Below, piece after piece: positions 45,080 to 54,987 of a DNA stretch of 64,000 bases; position 1 is the stretch's first letter, and the number at the start of each line of letters is the position of its first letter. This DNA comes from Isoptericola halotolerans (GTDB taxonomy: Bacteria; Actinomycetota; Actinomycetes; Actinomycetales; Cellulomonadaceae). The notes under the pieces were generated by a model. It searched no databases. It had not been told where the DNA came from and saw nothing but the letters and a program-made list of their open reading frames with translations. A program made the position numbers and the translations under genes. Location: the NCBI RefSeq assembly GCF_013149785.1, contig NZ_JABEZU010000002.1, forward strand, positions 310,001 to 374,000, in the 5' to 3' direction.

Positions 45080-46393
45080 TCAGACCGCAGGTCCCGCGAG
45101 CAGCACTGCGCCGTGCGGGGGCAGCGCGAGATCGAGCGCCGCGCTGCCCGGCGCGACGCCCCGGGCGTCGTCGCTCTGCACGGGGACCTCCCGTCGGGGA
45201 AACGTCGCCCCGGTCCACAGCTCGCGGACCTCCGGGCCGCCGCTGGCGGCGAACCCGACCCGGGACACGTCCTGGCTGAGCGCCAGCGGCTCGTCGCCGA
45301 GGTTGAAGACGGCGGCGTAGGCGGTGCCGTCGTGCCCGTCGGCGGCCCACATCACCAGCGGTCCCTCGCGGAACACCTCGCGGTTGCGCCGGGAGTCGCG
45401 GTGCACGGCGAGCACGTCGGCGTTCTGCAGGAGCGCGACGGTCCCCGGGTCCGACGTCGGCAGGTCGCCGCCGAACATCAGGGGCGACCGGGCGATCACC
45501 CACAGGGTCAGCAGGCTGACCCGCTCGTCGGGCGTCAGGCCGTCGTCGCGCGGCTCGCCGCGTTCGGCGCGCAGCCCGATGCGGCCGAGCGGCAGCATGT
45601 CGCCGTCGGCCCAGCCGCCGTCGCCCGACAGCGGCGCCCAGCGGGCGAACCGCGCGAAGTTCGCCTCGACGTCCTCCCACCGGTCCCACAGGTCGTCGCA
45701 GATGCGCCACATCGTGGCGTGCTCGCGCAGGTGGGGCTCGTGCGTGGTCGACAGGTCACGGCCGGGGGAGAGGCTGAGCTCGATCGCGCGCCCGCTCCGC
45801 GCGATCGCCCGCGCGTACGCCTCGATGTCGGCCGCCTGGTAGGGCCAGAGCATGTCGTCGGCCTTGATGAAGTCCACGCCCCACGACGCGTAGAGGGCGA
45901 GCGTGGAGTCGTAGTAGGCCTGCGCGCCCGGGTGGGAGTGGTCGAGACCGACCATGTCCGGGTTCCACTCGCACGCGTTCGTCGGGTCGGCGATGTCCAC
46001 GGCGGTGGCCGTGGTGCCCGGCACCGGTGTCGCCCGATCGACCGCGAGCCGTGGCACGCCCCGCATCGTGTGGATGCCGAACCGTAGCCCCAGCTCGTGG
46101 ACCTGCGCGGCCAGCGGCGCGAACCCGCGGCCGTCCGCCGCGCTCGGGAACCGCCCAGGGTCCGGCAGGAGCCGCCCGTGGGTGTCCATCGTCAACGGTG
46201 CACCGGCGTTGTACCCGTGGGAGCGGGCTGTCGGGTCGGACCAGTCGATGTCGACCACCACGGTGTCCCAGCCGAAGGGCAGCAGGTGCTCGGCCATGAA
46301 CCGGGCGTTGGCCAGCACCTCGTCCTCGGTGACCGTGGTGCCGTAGCAGTCCCAGCTGTTCCAGCCCATCGGGGGGCGGGACGTCGTTCCCAT
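45080..46393 (-). CDS. Glycoside hydrolase family 27 (alpha-galactosidase-like)
   Basis: PPMGWNSWD, VVDIDW, WGVDFIKAD, MWRICDD, ADGDML; no signal peptide evident. Confidence 0.88.
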   Translation of the reverse strand: MGTTSRPPMGWNSWDCYGTTVTEDEVLANARFMAEHLLPFGWDTVVVDIDWSDPTARSHGYNAGAPLTMDTHGRLLPDPGRFPSAADGRGFAPLAAQVHELGLRFGIHTMRGVPRLAVDRATPVPGTTATAVDIADPTNACEWNPDMVGLDHSHPGAQAYYDSTLALYASWGVDFIKADDMLWPYQAADIEAYARAIARSGRAIELSLSPGRDLSTTHEPHLREHATMWRICDDLWDRWEDVEANFARFARWAPLSGDGGWADGDMLPLGRIGLRAERGEPRDDGLTPDERVSLLTLWVIARSPLMFGGDLPTSDPGTVALLQNADVLAVHRDSRRNREVFREGPLVMWAADGHDGTAYAAVFNLGDEPLALSQDVSRVGFAASGGPEVRELWTGATFPRREVPVQSDDARGVAPGSAALDLALPPHGAVLLAGPAV

Positions 46394-46447
46394 CGTTGCT
46401 CCTTCGTCTCGTCGGGCGTCCCTAGCCTGGCCTGTCACAATGACCGG

Positions 46448-48040
46448 GTGACGCGTGACACGCCGCCGTGCGAGCGTGCCTACCGCCGCACCCTCGCCGT
46501 CCTGACGCTCGCCGTGGCGCTGTGGGCCGTGGCGTGGGCCGCGCTGACCCCGGGGTTCCGCTCGCCCGACGAGCAGAACCACCTGAACAGCGTGATCCGT
46601 GTCGCCTACGGCGGAGGATGGCCGGCGCCGGGGGACGCGTACTTCGCGCCGGTCACCGACCAGGCCGTCACCGAGGCCGCCTACCCGGCCGACCTGCCGG
46701 GACGCTGGCGGTACCGGGCCGACGAGGCGCAGTTCGTCGACGTCGTCCCCGTGCCCGCCGCCGAGCGCGTGCGGATCGACGCCGGCAACGCGCTGCCGGT
46801 CGAAGGCAGTGACGCGACCGTCGACCAGATGACGCAGCACCCGCCGGCCTACTACGTGCTGGGTGCGGGGGTGCTGCACGCCACGGGTACCGCGGACGCG
46901 CGCTGGGACGTCGCTCTGCTGACCCTGCGCCTGCTCGATGTCGTGCTGTTCGCGGCCACGGTGCCGCTCGCGGCGGCCACGGTGCGTCGGCTCACCGGGT
47001 CCCGGTCCGCCGCCCTGGTGGCCGCGCCGTTCCCGATGCTGATCCCGCAGGTCGGGCACATCATGGGCGCCGCGAACAACGATGCGCTCGTGGTGCTCAC
47101 CGGTGCCGGTGTCACCTACCTCGCCGCGCGCGTCGTCACCGGTGACCTGCGGTGGCGGGTCGCCGTGGCGCTCGGTCTGGTGCTGGGTGCCGGGCTGCTC
47201 ACCAAGGTGATGCTCGCGTTCGCGATCCCCACGGTCGTGCTCGCGTACCTGCTCGCTCCCGGGCCGCGCGCCCGTCCACGGGCGGGACCGACGGCGGTGG
47301 CCCGGAGCGCCCGCGGCCTCGTGGCGCTGTCGCTCGCCTTCGTCGTCGGCGGCTGGTGGTGGGCGCGCAACTGGATCGTCGACGGCGCCGTGCAGCCGGT
47401 CGGGCTGCCACGCGACTACTCGGGCATGACCCGGGTCCCTGCCGACGAGGTGTTCTCCGACGCGGTCGGGCGCACCGCGCAGGCGTTCTTCGGCAACCTC
47501 GGATGGCTGGAGGTGCGCCTGCCCGGCGACCTGGTGGCGCTCGGCTCGGTGCTCCTGATCGGCGCCACGCTGGTCGCGGTCGCGGTCCCCGGCGCACGGC
47601 GCGGCTCCCTGACGGTCGCGCTGCTGCCCGTCGGCCTGGTCGGCGGCGTGATCGCCAACGCGATGAGGAGCTGGTCCGAGTCGGGCGTGCTCGTCGCCCT
47701 GCAGGGCCGGTACGTGTTCGGGGGGCTGACGGCGCTGGCGGCGCTCGTGGCCGTCGCGGTCTGGCAGGGGTGCCGACGTCGGGAGCGTCGGACGGCCGTC
47801 GCGGTCCCGGTCGTCGCGGGCCTGGCGGTGGTCGCGGCCGCGTCGGGCCTGGTGTGGGCGTTCGGCGCGATGTACCGGGGGCCGGGAGAGAGTGCGGCTC
47901 GGGCGTGGGACCGCTGGGTGGCGTGGAGCCCTCTGGGCGAGCCGGCGCTGGTGGTCGTGCTGGTGGTGGTCGCCGTCGGTCTCGTGGCGTCCGTCGTCGC
48001 CGCCGTGCGGTGGTCGCTGCTCACGAGACCCGCCGAGTAG
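46448..48040 (+). CDS. DUF2142-like multi-pass protein, putative GT-C glycosyltransferase
   Basis: P.FRSPDEQNH after TM1, QHPPAYY, NND, LTK, QGRY motifs; about 10 TM helices. Confidence 0.72.
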   Translation: MTRDTPPCERAYRRTLAVLTLAVALWAVAWAALTPGFRSPDEQNHLNSVIRVAYGGGWPAPGDAYFAPVTDQAVTEAAYPADLPGRWRYRADEAQFVDVVPVPAAERVRIDAGNALPVEGSDATVDQMTQHPPAYYVLGAGVLHATGTADARWDVALLTLRLLDVVLFAATVPLAAATVRRLTGSRSAALVAAPFPMLIPQVGHIMGAANNDALVVLTGAGVTYLAARVVTGDLRWRVAVALGLVLGAGLLTKVMLAFAIPTVVLAYLLAPGPRARPRAGPTAVARSARGLVALSLAFVVGGWWWARNWIVDGAVQPVGLPRDYSGMTRVPADEVFSDAVGRTAQAFFGNLGWLEVRLPGDLVALGSVLLIGATLVAVAVPGARRGSLTVALLPVGLVGGVIANAMRSWSESGVLVALQGRYVFGGLTALAALVAVAVWQGCRRRERRTAVAVPVVAGLAVVAAASGLVWAFGAMYRGPGESAARAWDRWVAWSPLGEPALVVVLVVVAVGLVASVVAAVRWSLLTRPAE

Positions 48041-48049
48041 GGGGCGGAC

Positions 48050-48499
48050 GTGTGCACCACGCTCGTCTGGGCGGTGAACCGGGCCGCCGACACCGAGGGC
48101 CTGCGCCGGTTCACGCACGAACGTCTCGGTGTCTCACCACGCCCGGCGGGCCGTCGGATCGTGGCCGACCAGGTGCGGCCGGGCGCCGTCACCTTCACGG
48201 TGACACCGAACCTGTGCGACTGCCGAGCGCTGATCGGCCTGCACGACGAGCCGGAGTCGCCCGGGGAGATCGGTGCGGGGGCGTGGCTCGGTTGGTTGCG
48301 GGACCTGCCTTCGGCCGCCCCGTACCTCACCCGGCTCGCGGTGCTGCGTGCCTGGAGCCCCGACGACACGGCGGCGCTCGTCCCGGTCGCCACCCGGTCG
48401 GTCGCCGTCGACGCGGTCGACGAGGCGACACTGCGCACGGTGCGCCACGACGCGCTGCTCGTCGTGGACTACCCGTGCACTCCCTGGTCCCGTCGTTAG
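48050..48499 (+). CDS. Hypothetical protein
   Basis: 149-aa ORF filling the gap between the GT-C and GT2 genes; GC3-rich; no recognised motif. Confidence 0.55.
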   Translation: MCTTLVWAVNRAADTEGLRRFTHERLGVSPRPAGRRIVADQVRPGAVTFTVTPNLCDCRALIGLHDEPESPGEIGAGAWLGWLRDLPSAAPYLTRLAVLRAWSPDDTAALVPVATRSVAVDAVDEATLRTVRHDALLVVDYPCTPWSRR

Positions 48500-48562
48500 A
48501 CTCGCGCCGTCAGCGCCTCCGCGCTGCTCGCAGTGCCGCCGTCGTCCCACCGAAGGGCCTCG

Positions 48563-49510
48563 ATGAAGCTCGTCGTCCAGATCCCGTGCCTCGACGAGGC
48601 CGAGACCCTGCCGCTCGTGCTGGCGAACCTGCCGCGTGAGGTGCCCGGCTTCGACGAGGTCGAGTGGCTCGTCATCGACGACGGGTCCAGCGACGGGACC
48701 GCGGAGGTCGCGAAGAACCTCGGTGTCGACCACGTGCTGCGGCACCGCAGCACGATGGGGCTGGCCCGGTCGTTCCGCGACGGCGTCGACTTCGCGCTCT
48801 CCCGCGGTGCCGACGTCGTGGTCAACACCGACGGCGACAACCAGTACCCGTCGGAGCGCGTCGGCGACCTGGTCGCCCCGATCCTGGCGGGGGACGCCGA
48901 CATCGTCGTGGGGGACCGGCAGACCGCCACCATCGAGCACTTCTCCCCGTTCAAGAAGCGGATGCAGCGGGTCGGCAGCCGGGTGGTCAGCGCCGCGGCC
49001 AAGGCCAGCCTGCCCGACGCCGCGAGCGGGTTCCGGGCGTACTCCCGCCAGGCGCTGCTGCGCCTCAACGTGGTCACCCAGTTCAGCTACACGATGGAGA
49101 CGATCATCCAGGCCGGCAACAAGGGGCTGCGGATCGCCTCGGTGCCGATCGTCACCAACCCCAAGACCCGCGAGTCACGGCTGTTCCGCAACATCTGGCA
49201 GCACATGGGCCGCTCGGCGCGCGCCATCGTGCGCAGCTGGATCATGTTCCGTCCCCACCTGGTGTTCCTCACCCTGGCGGCGCTGTTCTTCGTGGCGTCG
49301 GCGGTGCCCGCGGTCCGGTTCCTCGTGTTCTTCGTGCAGGGGCAGGGCTCCGGGAACGTACAGTCTCTGGTCTTCGCCGCGGCGATGCTGGTCGGCTCGC
49401 TGCTGTGCCTGGCCCTGCTGGTGATCGCCGACCTGCTGCGCACCAACCGCACGCTGCTGGAGGACTCCCTCGAACGGCTCAAGCAGCTGCAGTACGGGCG
49501 GGAGGAGTGA
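48563..49510 (+). CDS. GT2 glycosyltransferase (polyprenol-phosphate glycosyltransferase-like)
   Basis: QIPCLDE, IDDGSSDGT, NTDGDNQY, DAASGFRAY, two C-terminal TM helices. Confidence 0.88.
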   Translation: MKLVVQIPCLDEAETLPLVLANLPREVPGFDEVEWLVIDDGSSDGTAEVAKNLGVDHVLRHRSTMGLARSFRDGVDFALSRGADVVVNTDGDNQYPSERVGDLVAPILAGDADIVVGDRQTATIEHFSPFKKRMQRVGSRVVSAAAKASLPDAASGFRAYSRQALLRLNVVTQFSYTMETIIQAGNKGLRIASVPIVTNPKTRESRLFRNIWQHMGRSARAIVRSWIMFRPHLVFLTLAALFFVASAVPAVRFLVFFVQGQGSGNVQSLVFAAAMLVGSLLCLALLVIADLLRTNRTLLEDSLERLKQLQYGREE

Positions 49511-50679
49511 TCGTCGCGTTCGGCACGTACGACGCCGCCCGACACCCCCGCGCGGGGATCCTCGTCGCCGGGCTGCGCGACCACGGGTACGCCGTCGCCG
49601 AGCTGAACCGCCCCCTCGGGTTCAGCACCGCCGAGCGCGTCCGGATGCTCCGCCAACCGTGGCGGCTGCCCCTGCTGCTCGTCCGTCTCCTGGCCTGCTG
49701 GGCGCTGCTGGTCCGGGACGACCTCGCCCACCGCCGTGCCCACGGCTCCCCGGACGCCCTGCTGGTCGGCTACCTCGGTCACTTCGACGTGGTCCTCGCC
49801 CGCGTCCTGCATCCCCGCACCCCCGTGGTGCTCGACCACCTCGTCTTCGCCGCCGACACCGCCACCGACCGCGGCGCCACCGGCCTGCGCGTCCGACTCC
49901 TGCGGGGCCTGGACCGGCTCGCCCTGGCGTGCGCCGACGTCGTCGTGGTCGACACCGACGAGCACCGCGCCCTGCTTCCCGACGGGCGTCCCCGGCGCGA
50001 GCAGCGCGGCGTCGTCGTCCCGGTCGGGGCTCCGGACGTCTGGTTCGCCGCAGCGCCCGGGCCCGACGGCGGCACGCCACCCGGGAGCGCCGCGTCCGAC
50101 GGCGGCACCCCGGCCGAGACCGCGCCGCTGCGGGTCGTGTTCTTCGGCCTGTTCACTCCCTTGCAGGGTGCGGCCGTGGTGGCCGAGGCGCTCGCGGACG
50201 CGCTGCCTCGCGCCGCGGCGGCCGGCCGGGCGATCGAGGTCACCCTGGTGGGTCACGGCCAGGACCACGCCGCCGTGCGGGCCGTGCTCGGCGGTGTCCC
50301 GGGCGTGACGTGGCACGAGTGGGTCGAGCCGGCCGACCTGCCTGCCCTCGTGGCCCAGCACGACGTCTGCCTGGGCATCTTCTCCGACACGCCCAAGGGT
50401 CTGCGGGTGGTGCCGAACAAGGTGTTCCAGGGGCTCGCGGCCGGGTGCGTCGTGGTGACCTCCGACACCCCGCCGCAACGCCGGCTGCTCGGTGACCACC
50501 TCGAGCTGGTGCCTCCCGCGGATCCCGCCGCCCTCGCCCAGCGCCTCGACGAGCTCACCGACGCGGGCCGGCTCGCTGCCGCCCGGGCCCGCGCCGCCGC
50601 CGCACGCGAGCAGATCAGGCCGGCCGTCGTCGTCGGCTCCCTGCACACGGCGCTCGCCGCCCGCGGGGTGCGGCCGTGA
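49507..50679 (+). CDS. GT-B (family 4-like) glycosyltransferase
   Basis: VFFGLFTPLQG, DVCLGIF, VVPNKVFQGLA.G; GTGA-coupled to GT2. Confidence 0.82.
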   Translation: MIVAFGTYDAARHPRAGILVAGLRDHGYAVAELNRPLGFSTAERVRMLRQPWRLPLLLVRLLACWALLVRDDLAHRRAHGSPDALLVGYLGHFDVVLARVLHPRTPVVLDHLVFAADTATDRGATGLRVRLLRGLDRLALACADVVVVDTDEHRALLPDGRPRREQRGVVVPVGAPDVWFAAAPGPDGGTPPGSAASDGGTPAETAPLRVVFFGLFTPLQGAAVVAEALADALPRAAAAGRAIEVTLVGHGQDHAAVRAVLGGVPGVTWHEWVEPADLPALVAQHDVCLGIFSDTPKGLRVVPNKVFQGLAAGCVVVTSDTPPQRRLLGDHLELVPPADPAALAQRLDELTDAGRLAAARARAAAAREQIRPAVVVGSLHTALAARGVRP

Positions 50680-52391
50680 GCGCGGGCACGGGCTCGGCCA
50701 CCCGGTTGCTCGCCGTGCTGCGTTCTCCCTGGACGCGGTGGGGGTTCCTGCTGGTGGCCGTGGGGCTCGCCGTCTATGCGGTGGTCGCCGTGCGCGAGGA
50801 CCTGGTCGACGCCGCGCGGGCACTGTCCACGGCACGGATCTCCGTGGCGCTGGTGATCTCCCTGGCCTTCGTCGGCGCCACCCTGCTGTCCTGGCGCGCC
50901 GTGCTGGCCGACCTGGGGTCACCGCTGGGGACACGCGCTGCCGTCGCGGTGTTCGGCATCAGCCAGCTCGGCAAGTACGTGCCGGGGGGAGTGTGGAACA
51001 TCGTCGCCGCCGCCGAGGTGGGCGCGGACCACGGTGTGCCCCGTCGTCGCACGATGACGGCGACCGCCGTGGCCACCGGCGTCGGGGTGGTCTCCGGGGC
51101 GGTGGTCGGCCTCGTGGCGCTGCCCTTCCTCGCCGCCGACGCCCTCGGGTCCTGGGCCTGGACGCTCTGGCTGCTGCCCGCGGTCGTCGTGCTCCTCCTG
51201 CCGCCCGTCCTCAACCGGCTCCTCGCCGCTGCCCTGCGCCTCGCCCGGCGACCGCCCCTCGAGCACCCGCTGTCCTGGCGCGGGCTGGGCACGGCCGCCG
51301 CCTGGGCGGTGCTCGGCTGGGTGCTCGCCGGTGTCCAGGTGTGGCTGCTGGCCACCGGGCTCGGCATGGCGACCGGTGCGCGGACCCTGGCGCTCGCCGT
51401 CGGCGGCTACGCGCTCGCCTGGATGGTCGGCTTCCTGGTGGTGGTGGTGCCGGCGGGGGCCGGCGCTCGCGAGCTCGTCCTGCTCGCCGTCCTCGCCGGC
51501 ACGCTCCCGCACGCGGAGCTGCTCCTGGTGGTGCTGGTCAGCCGTGTGCTGGTGACCGCGGCCGACCTGGCGTTCGCCGGGGCGGGAACCCTCGTGCGAC
51601 GCCCCCCGTACCCCCCGTTGGCGCCGCGCGCCCGGCTGCGCTGGGACGTGCTGCGCCGCGCGTTGCCGCGCAGGCGTGCGCGGGTGCTCGAGGTCGGGTG
51701 CGGCCAGGGCGCCGTCGGGGCCCGCATCGCCGCCCGCCACGACTACACGGCGGTCGAGCTCGACGGCACCACCTGGGCGGTCGCGTCGGCGCGGATCGGC
51801 GAGGCGGCACCGGGGTCGCGGGTGCTGCACGGCGACCTGGCCGCGCTGGGGACGGGCGAGCAGTTCGACGTCGTGTGCGCCTTCGAGGTGGTCGAGCACG
51901 TCGCCGACGACGCCGGGGCGCTGGCCGCGTGGGTCGCCCGGGTGCGTCCCGGCGGCGAGCTGCTGCTGTCCACCCCTGCGTGGCCGGAGCGGTTCGGGCC
52001 GTGGGACACCCTGGCCGGGCACTACCGCCGCTACGAGCCCGACCACCTGCGCCGGCTCATGACCGAGGCCGGGCTCACGGACGTCGACGTGCGGCTCTAC
52101 GACGCTCCGCTGGGCTACCTCCTCGAGGCGGTGCGGGACCGGGTGGCGCAGCGGCGGGCCACCCGCCGGACGACGGCCGACCCGGCCGAGCAGACCGCCG
52201 GGAGCGGGCGTGTGCTGCAGCCCGCGTCGCCGGTCACCGGCGCGCTCGTCGCGCTCGCGGTGTGGCCGTTCTGCCTGCTGCAGCGGGCCCTGCCCCGGCA
52301 CGGCACGGGGATCGTCGCTCGCGGTCGGCGTCCGGAGAGCGCCTCGGCCACCGGCGAACATCGTCGTCCGGACCGCGACACGGCCGACTGA
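50676..52391 (+). CDS. Fusion of LPG-synthase-TM (flippase-like) domain and class I SAM methyltransferase
   Basis: N-half SQLGKYVPG.VW, PAGAGARE and about 8 TM helices; C-half VLEVGCGQG, FEVVEH, LSTPA, GHYRRY in one uninterrupted frame. Confidence 0.8.
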   Translation: MSAGTGSATRLLAVLRSPWTRWGFLLVAVGLAVYAVVAVREDLVDAARALSTARISVALVISLAFVGATLLSWRAVLADLGSPLGTRAAVAVFGISQLGKYVPGGVWNIVAAAEVGADHGVPRRRTMTATAVATGVGVVSGAVVGLVALPFLAADALGSWAWTLWLLPAVVVLLLPPVLNRLLAAALRLARRPPLEHPLSWRGLGTAAAWAVLGWVLAGVQVWLLATGLGMATGARTLALAVGGYALAWMVGFLVVVVPAGAGARELVLLAVLAGTLPHAELLLVVLVSRVLVTAADLAFAGAGTLVRRPPYPPLAPRARLRWDVLRRALPRRRARVLEVGCGQGAVGARIAARHDYTAVELDGTTWAVASARIGEAAPGSRVLHGDLAALGTGEQFDVVCAFEVVEHVADDAGALAAWVARVRPGGELLLSTPAWPERFGPWDTLAGHYRRYEPDHLRRLMTEAGLTDVDVRLYDAPLGYLLEAVRDRVAQRRATRRTTADPAEQTAGSGRVLQPASPVTGALVALAVWPFCLLQRALPRHGTGIVARGRRPESASATGEHRRPDRDTAD

Positions 52392-52426
52392 CCGTCCGCA
52401 ACCATCTGCTCCACGGAGGATCTCTC

Positions 52427-53173
52427 GTGACGAAGCGCCCGCCCCTGACCCTGTTCGGTGCCCTGCGCTGGGACGTCGTGCGGCGGGTGCTGCCGCCGGA
52501 ACCGTCACGGGTGCTCGAGATCGGCTGCGGGCAGGGAGCCGTGGGTGTGCGGCTGGCGGCGGCGGGCCACCGGTATACCGGGGTCGAGCTCGACGCGACC
52601 AGCGCAGAGGTCGCGAGCGGCCGGCTGGCTGCCGCTGGGCTGGAGGGAGGGATCGTGCACGGCGACGCCGCCGAGCTCGCCCCGGGCGACGAGTTCGACG
52701 TCGTGTGTGCGTTCGAGGTCCTGGAGCATCTCGAGGACGACGCCGGCGCGTTGGCGCAGTGGGTACGGCTGCTGCGTCCCGGGGGTCTGGTCCTCGTCTC
52801 CACGCCTGCCTGGCCGGCCCGCTTCGGCCCCATGGACGCGGCCGTCGGCCACCATCGCCGCTACGAGCCCGCTCAGATGCGTGCGCTGCTCGCCGGGGCG
52901 GGGCTCACCGACGTCGGCGGCCGGTTGTACGGGGCGCCGCTCGGCTACGCGCTGGAGGCGGTGCGCAACCAGGTGGCCCGGCGTCGGCTGGAGGGCGACG
53001 GGACGACGACGGCGGAGCGCACCGCGCGCTCCGGCAGGCTGTTCCAGCCGGGATCGGCCGTCGGGGGCGCCGGGGTGGCGGTCGCGACCTGGCCGTTCCG
53101 CGTGGTGCAACGTGCCCTGCCCCGCACGGGGCCGGCCCTCGTCGCGTGGGGAAGGACGTCTCGGAGCGCGTAG
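52427..53173 (+). CDS. Class I SAM-dependent methyltransferase
   Basis: VLEIGCGQG, FEVLEH, VSTPA, GHHRRY; GGAGGA RBS. Confidence 0.87.
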   Translation: MTKRPPLTLFGALRWDVVRRVLPPEPSRVLEIGCGQGAVGVRLAAAGHRYTGVELDATSAEVASGRLAAAGLEGGIVHGDAAELAPGDEFDVVCAFEVLEHLEDDAGALAQWVRLLRPGGLVLVSTPAWPARFGPMDAAVGHHRRYEPAQMRALLAGAGLTDVGGRLYGAPLGYALEAVRNQVARRRLEGDGTTTAERTARSGRLFQPGSAVGGAGVAVATWPFRVVQRALPRTGPALVAWGRTSRSA

Positions 53174-53246
53174 CGGGTCCCGAGGGCGCCGGCGTGTGAT
53201 TGCCCCCACATATCATTTCGCGCGGTAATGACCTACCGTAAGAACA

Positions 53247-53672
53247 GTGACCGACGACCCCGCCCAGCTCAGCAGCGAGCTCCGCGTCGCCCTCACCCGC
53301 GCGGCCCGCCGGCTGCGGACCCAGCGCGGCGAGGCGGACCTGCCCGAGGGGCAGTTCGGAGTCCTCGCCGTTCTCCACCGCCACGGGGAGATGAGCCCCG
53401 GCGCGCTCGCAGAGCACGAGCGCGTCCGTCCGCCGGCCATGACGCGTGCGGTGGCCGCGCTGGCCGAGCTCGGCCTCGTCGAGAAGGTCGACCACCCCAC
53501 CGACCGGCGTCAGGTCGTGGTACGCCTCACTGAGGCCGGGCGCCACGAGATCGCCGAGACGCGACGCCGTCGGGACGCCTGGCTCACCTGCCGCCTCGCC
53601 GAGCTCGACGCCGACGAGCGCGCCACCCTCGCCGCCGCCACGGAGATCCTGGCCAAGGTGGCCGCCGGATGA
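53247..53672 (+). CDS. MarR-family regulator
   Basis: PGALAEHERVRPPAMTR, HPTDRR..LT..G; TCATT-N9-AATGA palindrome at 53213-53231 upstream. Confidence 0.9.
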   Translation: MTDDPAQLSSELRVALTRAARRLRTQRGEADLPEGQFGVLAVLHRHGEMSPGALAEHERVRPPAMTRAVAALAELGLVEKVDHPTDRRQVVVRLTEAGRHEIAETRRRRDAWLTCRLAELDADERATLAAATEILAKVAAG

Positions 53673-54964
53673 GCGCCACCTTCACCTCGCTGCGCTACCC
53701 CAACTACCGCCTCTGGTTCGGCGCCGCCCTGGTGGCGAACATCGGCACGTGGATGCAGCGGGTCGCCCAGGACTGGCTCGTGCTCACCGTCCTCACCGAC
53801 GACTCGGGGGTGGCGCTCGGCATCACCACCGCGCTGCAGTTCCTGCCCATGCTCCTGCTGGGGCCGTGGGCGGGCCTGCTCGCCGACCGCCTGCCACGCC
53901 GTCGGCTGCTCATGGTCACCCAGGGCGCGATGGGGGTCCTGGCGCTCGGGCTCGGGGCGCTCGTGCTGTCCGGGCACGCCCAGCTCTGGCAGGTCTACGC
54001 CTTCGCGCTGGGGCTCGGTGTCGTCACCGCCTTCGACAACCCGGTGCGCCAGACGTTCGTCGCCGAGCTGGTGCCCCCCGAGCGCCTCGCGAACGCCGTC
54101 GGGCTCAACTCGGCGTCCTTCAACGCCGCCCGGCTCGTCGGCCCCGGCGTCGCCGGGCTGCTGATCGCCGCCGTCGGCACCGGGTGGGTGTTCGTCATCA
54201 ACGGCGTCACCTTCGCAGCCACCATCGCGGCGGTCGCCCTCATGAAGGCCGAGGCGACCTGGTCGCGGGAGCCGACGCCGCGCGGCAAGGGGCAGATCCG
54301 TGAGGGGCTGCGCTACGTGCGGGGACGCTCGGACATCGTGGTGATCATGGTGGTCCTCGCCGTCGTGTCGATGTTCGGCCTCAACTTCCAGCTCACCTCG
54401 GCGATGATGGCGAGGGTCGAGTTCGAGCGCGGCGCCGGCGAGTTCGGGCTGCTCGGGTCGGTGCTCGCCATCGGGTCGCTCACGGGGGCGCTGCTGGCGG
54501 CCCGTCGCGACCGCCCCCGCGTGCGGCTGGTGATCGGGTCCGCCTTCGCCTTCGCCGTCGCCACGGCGGTCATGGCGCTCATGCCGACGTTCCCGGCGTT
54601 CGTCGTGGCGTGCGTCCCCGTCGGCCTCGCGTCGCTGACGATGATGACCGCCGCGAACTCCACCATCCAGACCTCGACCGACCCGGCCATGCGGGGACGT
54701 GTCATGGCGCTCTACATGATGGTGTTCCTCGGCGCGACGCCGATCGGTTCGCCGATCGTCGGCTGGGTCGGCGAGACGTTCGGTCCTCGCTGGGCGATCC
54801 TCATCGGGTCGATCGCGACGCTCCTCGTGGCGCTCGGTGCCACGGCGTGGGCCGTCCGGAACTGGCGCCTCAGGGTGCGCTACCGGCTGCTGCGGCGGCC
54901 GCACCTCGAGGTGGTCTACCTCGAGGCGCCCGCGGTCGACCAGGACCACGCCCGCGCGGCCTGA
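53669..54964 (+). CDS. MFS transporter
   Basis: GTWMQRVAQDWLV, GLLADRLPRR, FDNPVRQ, MRGRVMALY; about 12 TM helices. Confidence 0.9.
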   Translation: MSATFTSLRYPNYRLWFGAALVANIGTWMQRVAQDWLVLTVLTDDSGVALGITTALQFLPMLLLGPWAGLLADRLPRRRLLMVTQGAMGVLALGLGALVLSGHAQLWQVYAFALGLGVVTAFDNPVRQTFVAELVPPERLANAVGLNSASFNAARLVGPGVAGLLIAAVGTGWVFVINGVTFAATIAAVALMKAEATWSREPTPRGKGQIREGLRYVRGRSDIVVIMVVLAVVSMFGLNFQLTSAMMARVEFERGAGEFGLLGSVLAIGSLTGALLAARRDRPRVRLVIGSAFAFAVATAVMALMPTFPAFVVACVPVGLASLTMMTAANSTIQTSTDPAMRGRVMALYMMVFLGATPIGSPIVGWVGETFGPRWAILIGSIATLLVALGATAWAVRNWRLRVRYRLLRRPHLEVVYLEAPAVDQDHARAA

Positions 54965-54987
54965 CGGCTTCGGCAGGCACGCCGGTC

